Positions 25,682 through 35,492 of a stretch of DNA of 64,000 nt are shown piece by piece. The position numbers and the translations under genes were made by a program. The notes beneath the pieces are model-generated. The model saw nothing but the letters and a program-made list of their open reading frames with translations, was not told the DNA's origin and searched no databases. Location of the stretch: contig CAVOXA010000001.1 of assembly GCA_963700285.1 (NCBI GenBank), positions 704,001 through 768,000 on the forward strand. The letters run 5' to 3'. Source of the DNA: an uncultured Chloroflexia bacterium (GTDB lineage: Bacteria; Chloroflexota; Anaerolineae; JAAYZQ01). Position 1 is the stretch's first letter; each line of letters starts with the position of its first letter.

Positions 25682-27388
25682 TTAGCGTAGGCGCCGCAGC
25701 GCTGCGGCCAACTGCCACAAGCAGATGGCAATTCCCACGGCGCCAACCATGGGCCAGGTCAGGGGACCGACGACGGTCAGGTCGCGCAGGGTAACGGTCA
25801 GCCAGGTCGCCAGCAGCGTCAGAGCGGTCCAGACGCCAACGCGCACGCGGGCGTTGCGCAGCGCCTCGGTACGGGGACTCTCGTCTTCCAGGATCGACAG
25901 TTCCCCCTCCTCGGCGCGGCGCAGGACGGCGGCCACGGCACGCAGGCTGCGCTGAAGGTCGTAGAACTGGCGGACAAAGCCCTCTGTCCAGAGCCGCTCA
26001 GGGGTCAGCTCGCTCAGGGTCTGGCGGGCCTTGATCTGCTGAAAGATGGGGATGTTGTCGCGCATAAAGTTCAGGTCTTCGGACAACATGGCGGAGGTGT
26101 TGCCATAGACGATGACGCTGCGCATGTAGGTCGCCCAACCGGTGGCGGTACGCATGTGATGTTTGTGGTAGAGTCGCAACTGTTCCTCGATATAGATTCC
26201 CAGGCTGCGACTGGCGAAGGATCGAGTTCCCTCCTGCTTGTAATGGGCTGACAGTATCTTGAAATCGGCCTTAAAGGCCCGCAGGTCGGTTTTTTCCGTG
26301 GGCCGCCCGTAGCGCAGGAGGATAGGCCAAACTGCCTCATAGTCGTCCATCATCTCGTACAGAGCCATGTCGACGATATCGCGCCGGGTCTGCTCATCCA
26401 ACTCGCCGACGATGCCAAAGTCAATATAGCCTAGCCGACCGTCTGCCATCAGGATCAGATTGGCCGGATGGGGGTCCGCCTGGAAGAATCCGTAACTCAG
26501 GGCTTGCATCAACTGGTTGCGCATGATCTGGCGGGCAACGCGGTTGCGATCCACGTGGTGCTGTGCCATCCAGCCGGCGTCTTCCAGGTGACCCAAAACC
26601 TCATTGAGCGTGACGCCTGCGATGAACCCGGTGACCAGGACGCGGTGCGTACACAACTCGTCGCGAACCTGGGGGACGACCATGCCCTCGATATCCATCT
26701 CTCGCAGACGGCGGGCGGCCTCGGCTTCGCGGCAGTAGTCAAATTCGGAGCGGGTGAACTGGATCACCTCGTCGATGATCGCGGCCAATTGCCCTCGCGT
26801 CATGCGCAGCAGCGTATGGAGGCGGGTGTAGCGGACGAGATCGCGGACGATGTCAAAATCCCGCTCAAAGGTGACCTGGGCGCCGGGACGCTGCACTTTG
26901 ACCGCCACCGCCCCACCATCTGTGAGTGTGCCTGTGTGCACCTGGCCGATGGAGGCGCTGGCCAGGGGTTCTGCGTCGAACTCCTGGAAGAAACGGCGCC
27001 AGTCCTCGCCCAACTCCTCGCACAGAACCTGGTCCACCAGGGTGAAGGGCAGGGGCAGGGTGCTGTCGAGCAGGAGGGAGAGTTCATCGCGGTAGGCTGG
27101 CGGCAGCGCTCCGGCGTGTAGGGCCAGCAGTTGGCCGATCTTGACGAATGAGGGCCCGAGGGCCTCGAACAACTCCCGGAGTCGGACGGCGCCGGCTTGG
27201 TCCATCCCGGATTGTTCCTCGTCGGTGGGCTTGCCCGGGAGCCAGCGCGACCACCAGCTCCTCTCGATCAGCTCACCAAATCCGAAGCGGCTGAGGGTCA
27301 GCAGGATCTCGGCAGTGCGGGCCGCGCGGCCCTTGCCGTCGCCCTGGGCCCAAATGCCAGTGTCATTTAGTATGGGCAGTTCTGTCAT
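25682..27388 (-). CDS. ABC1/UbiB (AarF) family atypical kinase with two C-terminal TM helices
   Basis: LGPSFVKIGQ, PLASASIGQVH, VAVKVQRP, FFQADPHPAN and IDFG motifs. Confidence 0.92.
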   Translation of the reverse strand: MTELPILNDTGIWAQGDGKGRAARTAEILLTLSRFGFGELIERSWWSRWLPGKPTDEEQSGMDQAGAVRLRELFEALGPSFVKIGQLLALHAGALPPAYRDELSLLLDSTLPLPFTLVDQVLCEELGEDWRRFFQEFDAEPLASASIGQVHTGTLTDGGAVAVKVQRPGAQVTFERDFDIVRDLVRYTRLHTLLRMTRGQLAAIIDEVIQFTRSEFDYCREAEAARRLREMDIEGMVVPQVRDELCTHRVLVTGFIAGVTLNEVLGHLEDAGWMAQHHVDRNRVARQIMRNQLMQALSYGFFQADPHPANLILMADGRLGYIDFGIVGELDEQTRRDIVDMALYEMMDDYEAVWPILLRYGRPTEKTDLRAFKADFKILSAHYKQEGTRSFASRSLGIYIEEQLRLYHKHHMRTATGWATYMRSVIVYGNTSAMLSEDLNFMRDNIPIFQQIKARQTLSELTPERLWTEGFVRQFYDLQRSLRAVAAVLRRAEEGELSILEDESPRTEALRNARVRVGVWTALTLLATWLTVTLRDLTVVGPLTWPMVGAVGIAICLWQLAAALRRLR

Positions 27389-27587
27389 TGTATCATTCCT
27401 TGGTGATCCCGTATCGAATGCGCTTGAAGGCCCGATCAAGTGGATCTTGGTTCGATGCCTGTGCCTGCGTCAGGGTGTCGTCCATAGGTCCCGTAGTCAA
27501 GCGTACCCTTAGCCTGGGGGTTTGTCAAGTTCTGAGGCTCTGTCAGGCAGGCGTCAGCTTGGCGTAGTTTACCCCGGCAACTTTTCC

Positions 27588-27616
27588 TTGTCTTTTTCGT
27601 AAAAATGTTGTATAAT
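27588..27616 (+). promoter_or_regulatory. Putative sigma70 promoter of the YccF-SPFH operon
   Basis: TTGTCT-N17-TATAAT. Confidence 0.6.
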
Positions 27617-27668
27617 GAGCGCGGTCCGGGGAGTGCAAAGGGGCCGCGCTACGACAGGAGGTGTTGAT

Positions 27669-28097
27669 GTGACGTCCACGAGAACCGTCGTGCGTAACCC
27701 TGGTGTGCCTTTGCTGGCTCGGATCCTCTATTTTGTTCTGTTTGGCTGGTGGGCCACGGGAATCTGGATCAACGCTGCGTGGTTCCTCAACGCGACCATC
27801 ATTGGTTTGCCTCTGGGTGTGTGGATGCTCAACCGGGTGCCCCAGGTGCTGACCCTGCGCCCGGTCAGGCAGGTGGTGGTTGCCCATGGGCGTGGCGACG
27901 GGGTCGAGATCCAGACCCAGGGTTTGCCGCAACGCCTGTGGCCGATCCGGTTGCTCTACTTTGTGTTCATCGGTTGGTGGCTCAGTTGGCTGTGGTCCAA
28001 CGCGGCGTGGGTCATCTCGGTAACGATCATCGGGCTGCCCATCGGTATCTGGATGTTTAACCGCTTGCCAGCACTGACGACGCTGATGCGGACATGA
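27669..28097 (+). CDS. YccF-domain inner membrane protein (two internal repeats)
   Basis: Repeated R.LYFV..GWW...W..AAW....TIIGLP.G.WM.NR.P; GTG start with AGGAGG. Confidence 0.8.
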   Translation: MTSTRTVVRNPGVPLLARILYFVLFGWWATGIWINAAWFLNATIIGLPLGVWMLNRVPQVLTLRPVRQVVVAHGRGDGVEIQTQGLPQRLWPIRLLYFVFIGWWLSWLWSNAAWVISVTIIGLPIGIWMFNRLPALTTLMRT

Positions 28098-28196
28098 GGT
28101 GCGTTGCGCATTACCTGTTCCTCTGGCTTGGCTCAGGACAGGTGCGCAGCAGTTGCGACGAACCCATTCCAAAGGAATCTGGAGGTGTAAAGAAAA

Positions 28197-28850
28197 ATGG
28201 GCATAGGAGACGCGATCCAGTCGATTTTTGGAGGCGATGAAGAGCCGGAGGATGACTACGAGGCTGCTTTCGAGCAGGAGGCGGTCCTGCCGGACACGGC
28301 CGAGACAACGCTCGGGCGGGAGGGGGATGCACGGGATGTTGTCGAGGGATCCCTGGGAGGCATTGAGGGCATTGCCAAGATGATCCCGGGTTACAAAGGC
28401 TACAAAGAAAAGGAGCTGCGACGCGAAGCGGACAAGCTGCTGCGGTTGGATGTGGCAGGCAAGCTGGGTGACCAGCGGAAGCGCCTGTCCGAGCTTCAGG
28501 TGCAGCTGATCAACCAGGCCCAGATCCAGTACGTGGATGACCTGGACCGGGCTGTCGCAAAGCTTCAGCTCCTCATCGACCGCATCACGACGGCGTCCTA
28601 TGGTTACGCGGGCCTGTTCGACGCGGTCAAGGTCAAGGAGGAGCAACTGGACGCCCTCTACGAGTTTGACAACCAGATGCTCGATTTGGTGGGCGAGGTA
28701 GCCGAAGAGGTAGACCACGTATCCTCGGCGATCAGCGCCAAAGAAGGCATCGGCGAGTCGATTGTTGACTTGGTGGGGACGGTGGAGGGGGCGAACCGGA
28801 CCTTTGGCCATCGAGAAGAAGCGATCCTACAGGCGTCGGCCTGGGAGTAG
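28197..28850 (+). CDS. Conserved hypothetical alpha-helical protein
   Basis: GGAGG Shine-Dalgarno; IPGYKGYKEKELRREADKLLR and GYAGLFDAVKV blocks; operon position. Confidence 0.75.
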   Translation: MGIGDAIQSIFGGDEEPEDDYEAAFEQEAVLPDTAETTLGREGDARDVVEGSLGGIEGIAKMIPGYKGYKEKELRREADKLLRLDVAGKLGDQRKRLSELQVQLINQAQIQYVDDLDRAVAKLQLLIDRITTASYGYAGLFDAVKVKEEQLDALYEFDNQMLDLVGEVAEEVDHVSSAISAKEGIGESIVDLVGTVEGANRTFGHREEAILQASAWE

Positions 28851-28876
28851 CTCGAGTTGAATTATAGGAGGGACAA

Positions 28877-29923
28877 ATGGCACGCATTATTGACGTAATC
28901 GAGGTACCGAACCAACAGCAGGACGAGATCGTCCGGCGATTGCCAGAGTATGGGGCGGGCGATTTTCGATTTGGCTCGCAGGTGATCGTGCGCGAATACC
29001 AGCAGGCGGTCTTTTTCCGGGATGGCAAGGCCTATGACACCTTTGGGGCCGGCCGCCATACCATTACAACGGCCAATGCACCCCTGCTCACCGATCTGAT
29101 CAAGAAGGTGACCGATGGGCGGACTCCGTTCACGGCTGAGGTCTATTTTGCCAGCATGCGCGAGTTCCTTGACCTGAAATGGGGATCGGCAGAACCGATC
29201 CCCCTGCGCGATTCGGACCTGGGGTTGGTGCGGCTGAGGGCTTTTGGCACCTTTTCGATGCAGGTCGAAGATGCGGCGCTCTTTGTGAACAAAATCGTCG
29301 GCGCCCAGGGCCTATACCAGACACCGCAGATCACCCGCTTCCTGCGGGGCATCATCATCGCCAGGATGACTGACCTGTTGGGCGAACTGGGCAAAGGATT
29401 GTTTGATCTGCCGGCATTGTACGACGAGATCGGGGCTGGCGCCAGGGCTAAGGCTCAGGACGACTTTTCCAACGTGGGTATCCAGCTCCGAACCTTGTAC
29501 GTCAACAACATCAGCCCCACCGAAGAGACAGCTAGGGCTATCGACGAGCGGGCCTCGATGGGAGCCATCGGCGACATGCAAAAGTACATGCAGTTCCAGA
29601 TGGCCCGCGGCGTCCGGGACGCGGCCCAGGCCGAAGGCGGCAGCATGGCCAGTGCGGGTGTGGGCCTGGGTGCGGGCGTGGGTATGGGTTCGGCCATGGC
29701 CCAGATGATGGGCCAGATGGCCGGCGCCGGGGGTGTACCGGCAGGGACGGCGGCAGCAGCGATCACGCCTGAGATCATGACTTTGTCGGAGGCGGCGCTA
29801 TATATGCGCGTCGGCGAGGAGGATGTGCTAGAGGTCATCCAGGCTGGCGAACTAAAGGCGAAAAAGATCGGCAGCAGCTATCGCATCAGCAAAACGGCGG
29901 TGGACGAGTTCCTGTCGAGTTAG
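28877..29923 (+). CDS. SPFH (YdjI-like) domain protein with C-terminal excisionase-type HTH_17 domain
   Basis: GSQVIVREYQQAVFFRDG, KWGS..PI..RD, LRAFG; Gly-rich GVGLGAGVGMG; C-terminal IMTLSEAALYMRV...GELKAKKIGSSYRISK. Confidence 0.85.
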   Translation: MARIIDVIEVPNQQQDEIVRRLPEYGAGDFRFGSQVIVREYQQAVFFRDGKAYDTFGAGRHTITTANAPLLTDLIKKVTDGRTPFTAEVYFASMREFLDLKWGSAEPIPLRDSDLGLVRLRAFGTFSMQVEDAALFVNKIVGAQGLYQTPQITRFLRGIIIARMTDLLGELGKGLFDLPALYDEIGAGARAKAQDDFSNVGIQLRTLYVNNISPTEETARAIDERASMGAIGDMQKYMQFQMARGVRDAAQAEGGSMASAGVGLGAGVGMGSAMAQMMGQMAGAGGVPAGTAAAAITPEIMTLSEAALYMRVGEEDVLEVIQAGELKAKKIGSSYRISKTAVDEFLSS

Positions 29924-29996
29924 TCTTTGAGGCTGCCCAGGAGCAGCACTCATTACCTACCGGTGAATCACATTCCAGTGCCTGGTGTTGGCAAAG

Positions 29997-30082
29997 GTCA
30001 TCCTGAGCTTGTGGAAGGGAGACTTTTTGAACCATGCGCAATGGAACTCGCTTGGAACCATCCTGAACTTGTCCAGGGACCA
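29997..30082. repeat. Two degenerate CCTGAGC..GAAGG REP-like copies (a further copy at about 28120-28142)
   Basis: CATCCTGAGCTTGTGGAAGGGA and CATCCTGAACTTGTCCAGGGA match the element nested at 2143 and 7139. Confidence 0.6.
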
Positions 30083-30191
30083 TACCAAGCGTGTAGGAGT
30101 AGGTGGGAGTCAGACCTGACGGTGGCTGTCGGGCGCTGTGAGCGTGGTGCCGGCAAGCGGTCAGGTCTGTTGTTTGTTCTGAGCTTTGAGC

Positions 30192-31319
30192 ATGGAGCCT
30201 TGTAGTCTCTATATTCACGTGCCTTTTTGCCGGGCCAAATGCGGTTACTGCGATTTCAATTCTTACCCCGATTTGGAGCCATTATACAAAGATTATTCAC
30301 AAGCTCTGGTCCGTGAGTTTGAGATGGCTGGACCCGCAACGCTTCAGACGGTCTATGTGGGGGGTGGTACGCCCACGGTGCTGCCGCCTGAGATTCTGAC
30401 TCGGATTCTGCGGGCGGCTTCCACTGTCCTCGCGGTGGACGCCGAGGTCAGCATCGAGGCCAACCCGGGTACCGTGGACTCGAGCACTCTGGCCCACCTG
30501 CGAGGCATGGGGGTGACCCGCCTCAGCTTGGGGGTGCAGAGTTTTGCGAACCAGGAATTGCGGCTCTTGGGCCGTATCCACACTGCGGAAGAAGCCCTCC
30601 ATGCCTTTCGAGGAGCGCGCTCGGCTGGATTTGACAACATCAATCTGGATCTGATCTACGGGCTGCCGGGGCAGTCGCAGGCTGTGTGGCGGTCCACGCT
30701 GGAACAGGCACTTGCCCTGCAGCCGGAACACCTGTCGCTCTATGCCCTGACTGTCGAGGACGGTACACCCCTGGCAGTGAGCATTGCTCTGGGTGCCGTA
30801 TCCGACCCGGAACCTGATCTGGCAGCAGAAATGTACGAGCACGCGCAATTTTCCTTGGAAAAGGCTGGCTATGAGCAGTATGAGATCTCGAACTGGGCTA
30901 GGGAGAATGGCTACCGCTGCCGGCACAATCTGGTCTATTGGCGGAATGACCCCTACCTGGGTATTGGTGCGGGGGCGCATTCTTGGTGCGGCGGGCGGCG
31001 CTGGGCCAACGTGGCGTCGCCGGGCGAGTATGTGTTCCGGCTGTTTGATGGGCGCGCTCCTGTCGAATCAGAGGAGACCATCGGGCCGACCCTGGAGATG
31101 GGCGAGACGATGATGATGGGGCTGCGGCTGGTGGCTGAAGGCGTCGAGTTTGCACGCTTTCAGGATCGTTTTGGGCTAGATCTCCGCCAGGTATACCAGC
31201 ACGAGTTGTCCGAAGTGGCAGAACTGGGTCTGATTGAAATTGGTGATGAGCGGGTCAGACTCACGAACCGAGGGTGCTTGCTCGGCAACCAGGCATTTTT
31301 TCGATTCTTGCCGGAATAG
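30192..31319 (+). CDS. hemW: Radical SAM heme chaperone HemW (HemN-like)
   Basis: YIHVPFCRAKCGYCDF, YVGGGTPT, IEANP, YEISNW and HNLVYW motifs. Confidence 0.9.
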   Translation: MEPCSLYIHVPFCRAKCGYCDFNSYPDLEPLYKDYSQALVREFEMAGPATLQTVYVGGGTPTVLPPEILTRILRAASTVLAVDAEVSIEANPGTVDSSTLAHLRGMGVTRLSLGVQSFANQELRLLGRIHTAEEALHAFRGARSAGFDNINLDLIYGLPGQSQAVWRSTLEQALALQPEHLSLYALTVEDGTPLAVSIALGAVSDPEPDLAAEMYEHAQFSLEKAGYEQYEISNWARENGYRCRHNLVYWRNDPYLGIGAGAHSWCGGRRWANVASPGEYVFRLFDGRAPVESEETIGPTLEMGETMMMGLRLVAEGVEFARFQDRFGLDLRQVYQHELSEVAELGLIEIGDERVRLTNRGCLLGNQAFFRFLPE

Positions 31320-31399
31320 CTCCCATCCCTGGGAGGTCGCGGACCTGCGGTTCGTCCAAGACCTCCGGGGTCTATGATCTTCCGGTACGGGAGGAGTAC

Positions 31400-32602
31400 A
31401 TGAGTGATGGATATGATCCATTGGCCTCGGTGCAGGCAGCAGGACCCCCGGGAACTATCTCCTTCAACTACGGGTTGCCTGACCCGGGGACTTTTCCGGC
31501 CGATGACCTGCAACGGGCTGCCAAGGGGGCGCTTGGGCAGCGCCCCGAACTGGCCCTGCAATACGGGCCGGAGCAGGGCTATGGTCCGCTGATCGATTCA
31601 CTGCGAGAGAAACTGGCTCGCGAAGAGGGACTCGAACTACGGCGGCCGGAGATCATGCTGACCGGCGGTTCGGCGCAGGCGCTTGATCATCTGTGCACGC
31701 TCTATACGCACCTGGGCGACGTGGCGCTGGTCGAGGCGCCCAGCTATCACCAGGCGCTTCAACTCCTGGCCGATCACGAATTGAACCTGGTGCAAGTGCC
31801 TATTGATGACGGCGGTCTGCAGGTAGAGGCCCTGACCGCTTGCCTGGAGGCACTGCCACAGCAGAGTGATAGGAGTGGGCCGCGACCTACTCCGCGTGCC
31901 CGAATTCTGTACGCTATTCCAAACTTTCAAAATCCCAGTGGGGTCACCTTGGCTGCCGAGCGCCGGCGGGCCATACTGGAGCTAGCGGAACGATACGATC
32001 TGCTGATCATTGAGGATGACGCGTATCGCGACTTGTCTTACGGGGCAGCGCTGCCGCCCTCTCTGTTTGCCTTGGACGATGGCCGGGGGCGGGTGCTGCG
32101 CATCGGCAGTTTTTCCAAGATACTGGCGCCCGGCTTGCGCATGGGTTGGCTCATGGGCTCCGTGGACAGAATCGCTCGAGTGATCGAGAGCGGCCTGAGG
32201 GTTATCGGAGGCGGTGCCAATCCCCTGGTGGCAAACATGTTGGCGGACTATTGCCAGCAGGGCCTGCTGGAACCTCACATCGGCTACTTGCGCCATCTCT
32301 ACCAGGAGCGAAGGGATATCATGCTGGCAGCTCTGGATGCTCACATGCCGGAGGACGTTCGTTGGACTCGGCCGGGCGGTGGTTTTTTTGTATGGCTGAC
32401 GCTGCCGGAACCACTCCGTGCTGCTCAGGTAGTGGAACAGGCCCAGCATGCGGGCGTCATGGTCCTGGCTGGCGATTCGTTCTTTGCCCAGCATCCAACG
32501 GGCCAGCACCTGCGCCTGGCGTTCAGTTTTGTGACCCCGGAGAACATACAGAAGGGGATTGAAAAACTCGGCAGAGTGCTGAGATCGGCTCCAATCGTCT
32601 AG
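31400..32602 (+). CDS. PLP-dependent aminotransferase class I/II (2-aminoadipate transaminase/MocR-enzyme-like)
   Basis: LQYGPEQG, PNFQNPSG, IIEDDAY and SFSKILAPGLRMG motifs. Confidence 0.9.
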   Translation: MSDGYDPLASVQAAGPPGTISFNYGLPDPGTFPADDLQRAAKGALGQRPELALQYGPEQGYGPLIDSLREKLAREEGLELRRPEIMLTGGSAQALDHLCTLYTHLGDVALVEAPSYHQALQLLADHELNLVQVPIDDGGLQVEALTACLEALPQQSDRSGPRPTPRARILYAIPNFQNPSGVTLAAERRRAILELAERYDLLIIEDDAYRDLSYGAALPPSLFALDDGRGRVLRIGSFSKILAPGLRMGWLMGSVDRIARVIESGLRVIGGGANPLVANMLADYCQQGLLEPHIGYLRHLYQERRDIMLAALDAHMPEDVRWTRPGGGFFVWLTLPEPLRAAQVVEQAQHAGVMVLAGDSFFAQHPTGQHLRLAFSFVTPENIQKGIEKLGRVLRSAPIV

Positions 32603-32656
32603 GACTGCGTGCACGGTACTGCATGGAACTGGACCTGAATCCGCACATTGTCGCCA

Positions 32657-32685
32657 TTGACTTGACCATCTACAACTGCTATACT
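32657..32685 (+). promoter_or_regulatory. Putative strong sigma70 promoter
   Basis: TTGACT-N17-TATACT with an extended TG. Confidence 0.6.
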
Positions 32686-32847
32686 CCAAGCTCGGAGACA
32701 TCTCCTTTTCGGCTACTCTCGAGGCACTCGCCTTCCTCCCCAGTCGTCCGGTTATTGCGCCCAAACAGATGTATCCTGATCCTTGTGCCCCAGCAAGACC
32801 CGTCTCCTGAGCCTATGTAACCTAGCCAGGCCGATCAAGCGTAGCTG

Positions 32848-33797
32848 CCCTGGCAGTGGTTGGTTTGTGGCTTCGTGGACGGGTACGGACGCCGACGGGA
32901 GCGCCTCGCTCACGAACCGGGTGACCATGCCTGCCGCGGCGCACAGTGTGGCGGTGAACTATGAGCAAGTGCCGGCGACCTGCTACGCCTTGACGCGGAC
33001 GCACACCGGGACGGGCGGCGACCCGGCAGCGACGCCGGGCAACTCGGCCGGCTGCGCGACAGGCCAGTACGTGGCTGGGGCGGTGATCGACCTGAGCGCG
33101 AGTCCAGGGGCTGGCTGGTCGGTGGTGTCGTGGACGGGCACGGACGACGATGGGAGTACGTCGTTGCCCAACCAAGCAACCATGCCCGCCGCAGCGCACA
33201 CGGTGACGGTTCACTACGAGGCAGCACCAGCGGGGTCCAGTCTAGACATTCGGGTATCGGCGTCAACGGACGATGCTGAGGAGAAGGGCGGCGATGGCAG
33301 CATAGCTCGCAGCGGAGACGACCTGGAGCTGGGTGAGGACAGGACGCCGCAACTGGTGGGACTGCGCTTTCAGAACTTGACGATACCCCGGGGGGCGAGC
33401 ATCACGCGGGCGTACGTCGAGTTCACCGCGGACGAGGTACAGGGCGACACGACGAACGCGACATTCCACGGTCAGGCGAGCGACAATGCGCCCACCTTTG
33501 GCAGTGGGACGGGGGACATTTCCGCCCGGCCGCGGACGTTAGCCGCGGTAGATTGGCCATACCATCGCTCCCTGGACTGAGAAACATACCACGTACCAGT
33601 CGCCGGACCTGTCGCCGATCGTCCAGGAGATCGTAAACCGCAGCGGCTGGTCGGGGGGCAACGCGCTAGTACTGGTCATCAGCGGCTCTGGACGCCGCAC
33701 GGCGGAGGCATACAACGGGGAGCCGGTAATGGCGCCTATCCTGTACATCGAGTATGCGACGACTGCGAGCCGCGGTTCGGACGGCACCGGGGAGTAG
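32848..33797 (+). pseudogene. 5'-truncated fragment of a large surface protein (InlB-B-like repeats plus a DDAEE..VGLRF domain), with a frameshift near 33557
   Basis: Starts mid-repeat (GW...SWTGT...V.MPAAAH.V.V.YE twice) with no start codon or signal peptide. After the shift it reads TIAPW..YQSPDLSPIVQEIVNRSGW...APILYIEY to TAG at 33797. Confidence 0.65.
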
Positions 33798-33908
33798 GAC
33801 TGCCCGATCTGTCCGGCCACTGCGCCCGCAAACAACCGCTGATCCATGCACGGGCGCCTCTGATGGTGCGGCGGGATAGGAGACACTCGAGCCATACGCG
33901 GGAGAAGG

Positions 33909-33939
33909 AGGGCCACGGGCGCAGCCCGTGGCCCTTTTT
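33909..33939 (+). terminator. Rho-independent terminator
   Basis: AGGGCCACGGGC-GCA-GCCCGTGGCCCT followed by a T run. Confidence 0.85.
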
Positions 33940-34025
33940 CCATCCAATCTCAGCTCCTCGAGGATCCCTATCAGATTCACATAACAATTTGATGCAAAAG
34001 CTCGCTCTTCCGCTCCCCGGGTCGT

Positions 34026-34054
34026 TTGCTCTGCCCGGCAGGCCATGCTATAAT
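34026..34054 (+). promoter_or_regulatory. Putative sigma70 promoter of the class III aminotransferase
   Basis: TTGCTC-N17-TATAAT with an extended TG. Confidence 0.6.
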
Positions 34055-34141
34055 CAAGGTGGCCGGGGCAGCACTGCGAGGTGGTGGTCCAAGGCTGATC
34101 GCAATTTCGTGCAGTGCCTGGTGCACGGCCGGGAGGGAACA

Positions 34142-35411
34142 ATGGCGTTCATAGGACAGCGCTCCAAGAGCGAGACTATCGAGGGGTTCCGCGACCACGT
34201 GTCTTCAGGGAAGGTCGCCTTTTTTGCCCAATATGGCATGGACTTTGTGCCTGGACGCCGGGAAGGCGTCTATCTATGGGACGTCGAAGGCGACAAGCGC
34301 CTCGTCAACTGCCACTGCAATGGCGGGGTCTTTAACTTGGGACACCGGCACCCTGCTGTCGTTGATACGTTGGTGCGCGCTGTGGACGAGCTGGATATCG
34401 GCAACCACCACTTCATCTCGGAGCAGAGGGCGGCGCTTGCCAGGCGGCTGGCGGAACTAGCCCCAGGCGAGATGCCCTACAGCGTCTTTGCTGTGGGCGG
34501 CGGCGAAGCCATCGACTTTGCCCTCAAGCTGGCCCGGGCCCACACGGAGCGCCCTGGCATCATCTCGGTCCGGGGCGGCTATCACGGCCACACCGGATTG
34601 GCGCTGGCTGCTGGCGATGCCCAGTACCGCGACCCCTTCGGACCGATGCCCCCTGGGTTTGTTCAGGTACCCTTTGGCGACGTGGCGGCTATCGCCGATC
34701 GCATCAATGGAGACACGGCGGCCGTCATTCTGGAAACGATCCCTGCTACGCTGGGAATGCCCATCGCCCCTCAAGGGTACTTTGCCGAACTTAGGGCGCT
34801 GTGCGACCGGTACGGCGCATTGCTGATTGTCGACGAGGTGCAGAGTGGGCTGGGCCGCACCGGGAAGATGTGGGCCATTGAGCACTGGGGAGTCGAACCC
34901 GATATCTTGGTGACAGGCAAGGGGCTCAGCGGCGGTGTATATCCCATCGCCGCCACCTGCTACCGCTCGGAACTGAATGCCTTTATGGAGGCCAACCCCT
35001 TTATTCACATTTCGACCTTTGGCGGGGCGGAGATCGGGCTGTGCTGTGGCCCTGGCCGTACTGGATCTGACGGCCAGCCCTGCCTTCTTGGGGCGTGTGG
35101 ACAAATTGGCGGGGCGCTTGAGAACTGGCTTCCAGCAGCTTCAGACGCGCTATCCAGACACGCTGATGACTGTCCGACAATTGGGACTGATGATCGGCCT
35201 GGTATTCCCGGATGCGGTCTGTGGCCCGCTGATGACCAAGTTCCTCTTCGAGGAAGGTGTCCTGGCCATCTATGCCAACAATGACCAGCGCGCGCTCCAG
35301 TTTCTGCCACCCTTGACTATGGAGGACATTGAGGCAGAGGAGGCTCTGGGTGCCCTGGACCGTGCCCTGCTGGCGCTGAGTACTGCGCGAGGCTGGGCCA
35401 TCAATTACTAA
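34142..35411 (+). CDS. Class III PLP aminotransferase (putrescine/acetylornithine AT-like), frameshift at the GGG at 35036-35038
   Basis: GGYHGHT, DEVQSGLGRTG, GKGLSGG, HISTFGG. Removing one G gives EIGCAVALAV and joins ORF 34977..35411. Confidence 0.85.
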
Positions 35412-35492
35412 ACTACCGCCGTACTGAGGTACGGGTTGCTCCCTATCAGCGTCCCGCGGGAGCCGAGATTGGCACACAGGCTGAGGCATACT

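Noticed and set aside
27430-27470. tRNA (GGTTCGA T-loop-like motif)
   Set aside because: No cloverleaf or acceptor stem can be built around it.
27543-28811. 422-aa minus-strand ORF; likewise 54335..55978 (547 aa, minus)
   Set aside because: Antisense to well-supported genes with clear motifs and Shine-Dalgarno sites.
29760-29923. Prophage or ICE excisionase
   Set aside because: The HTH_17 is fused in frame to the SPFH protein; no integrase, att site or phage genes are nearby.
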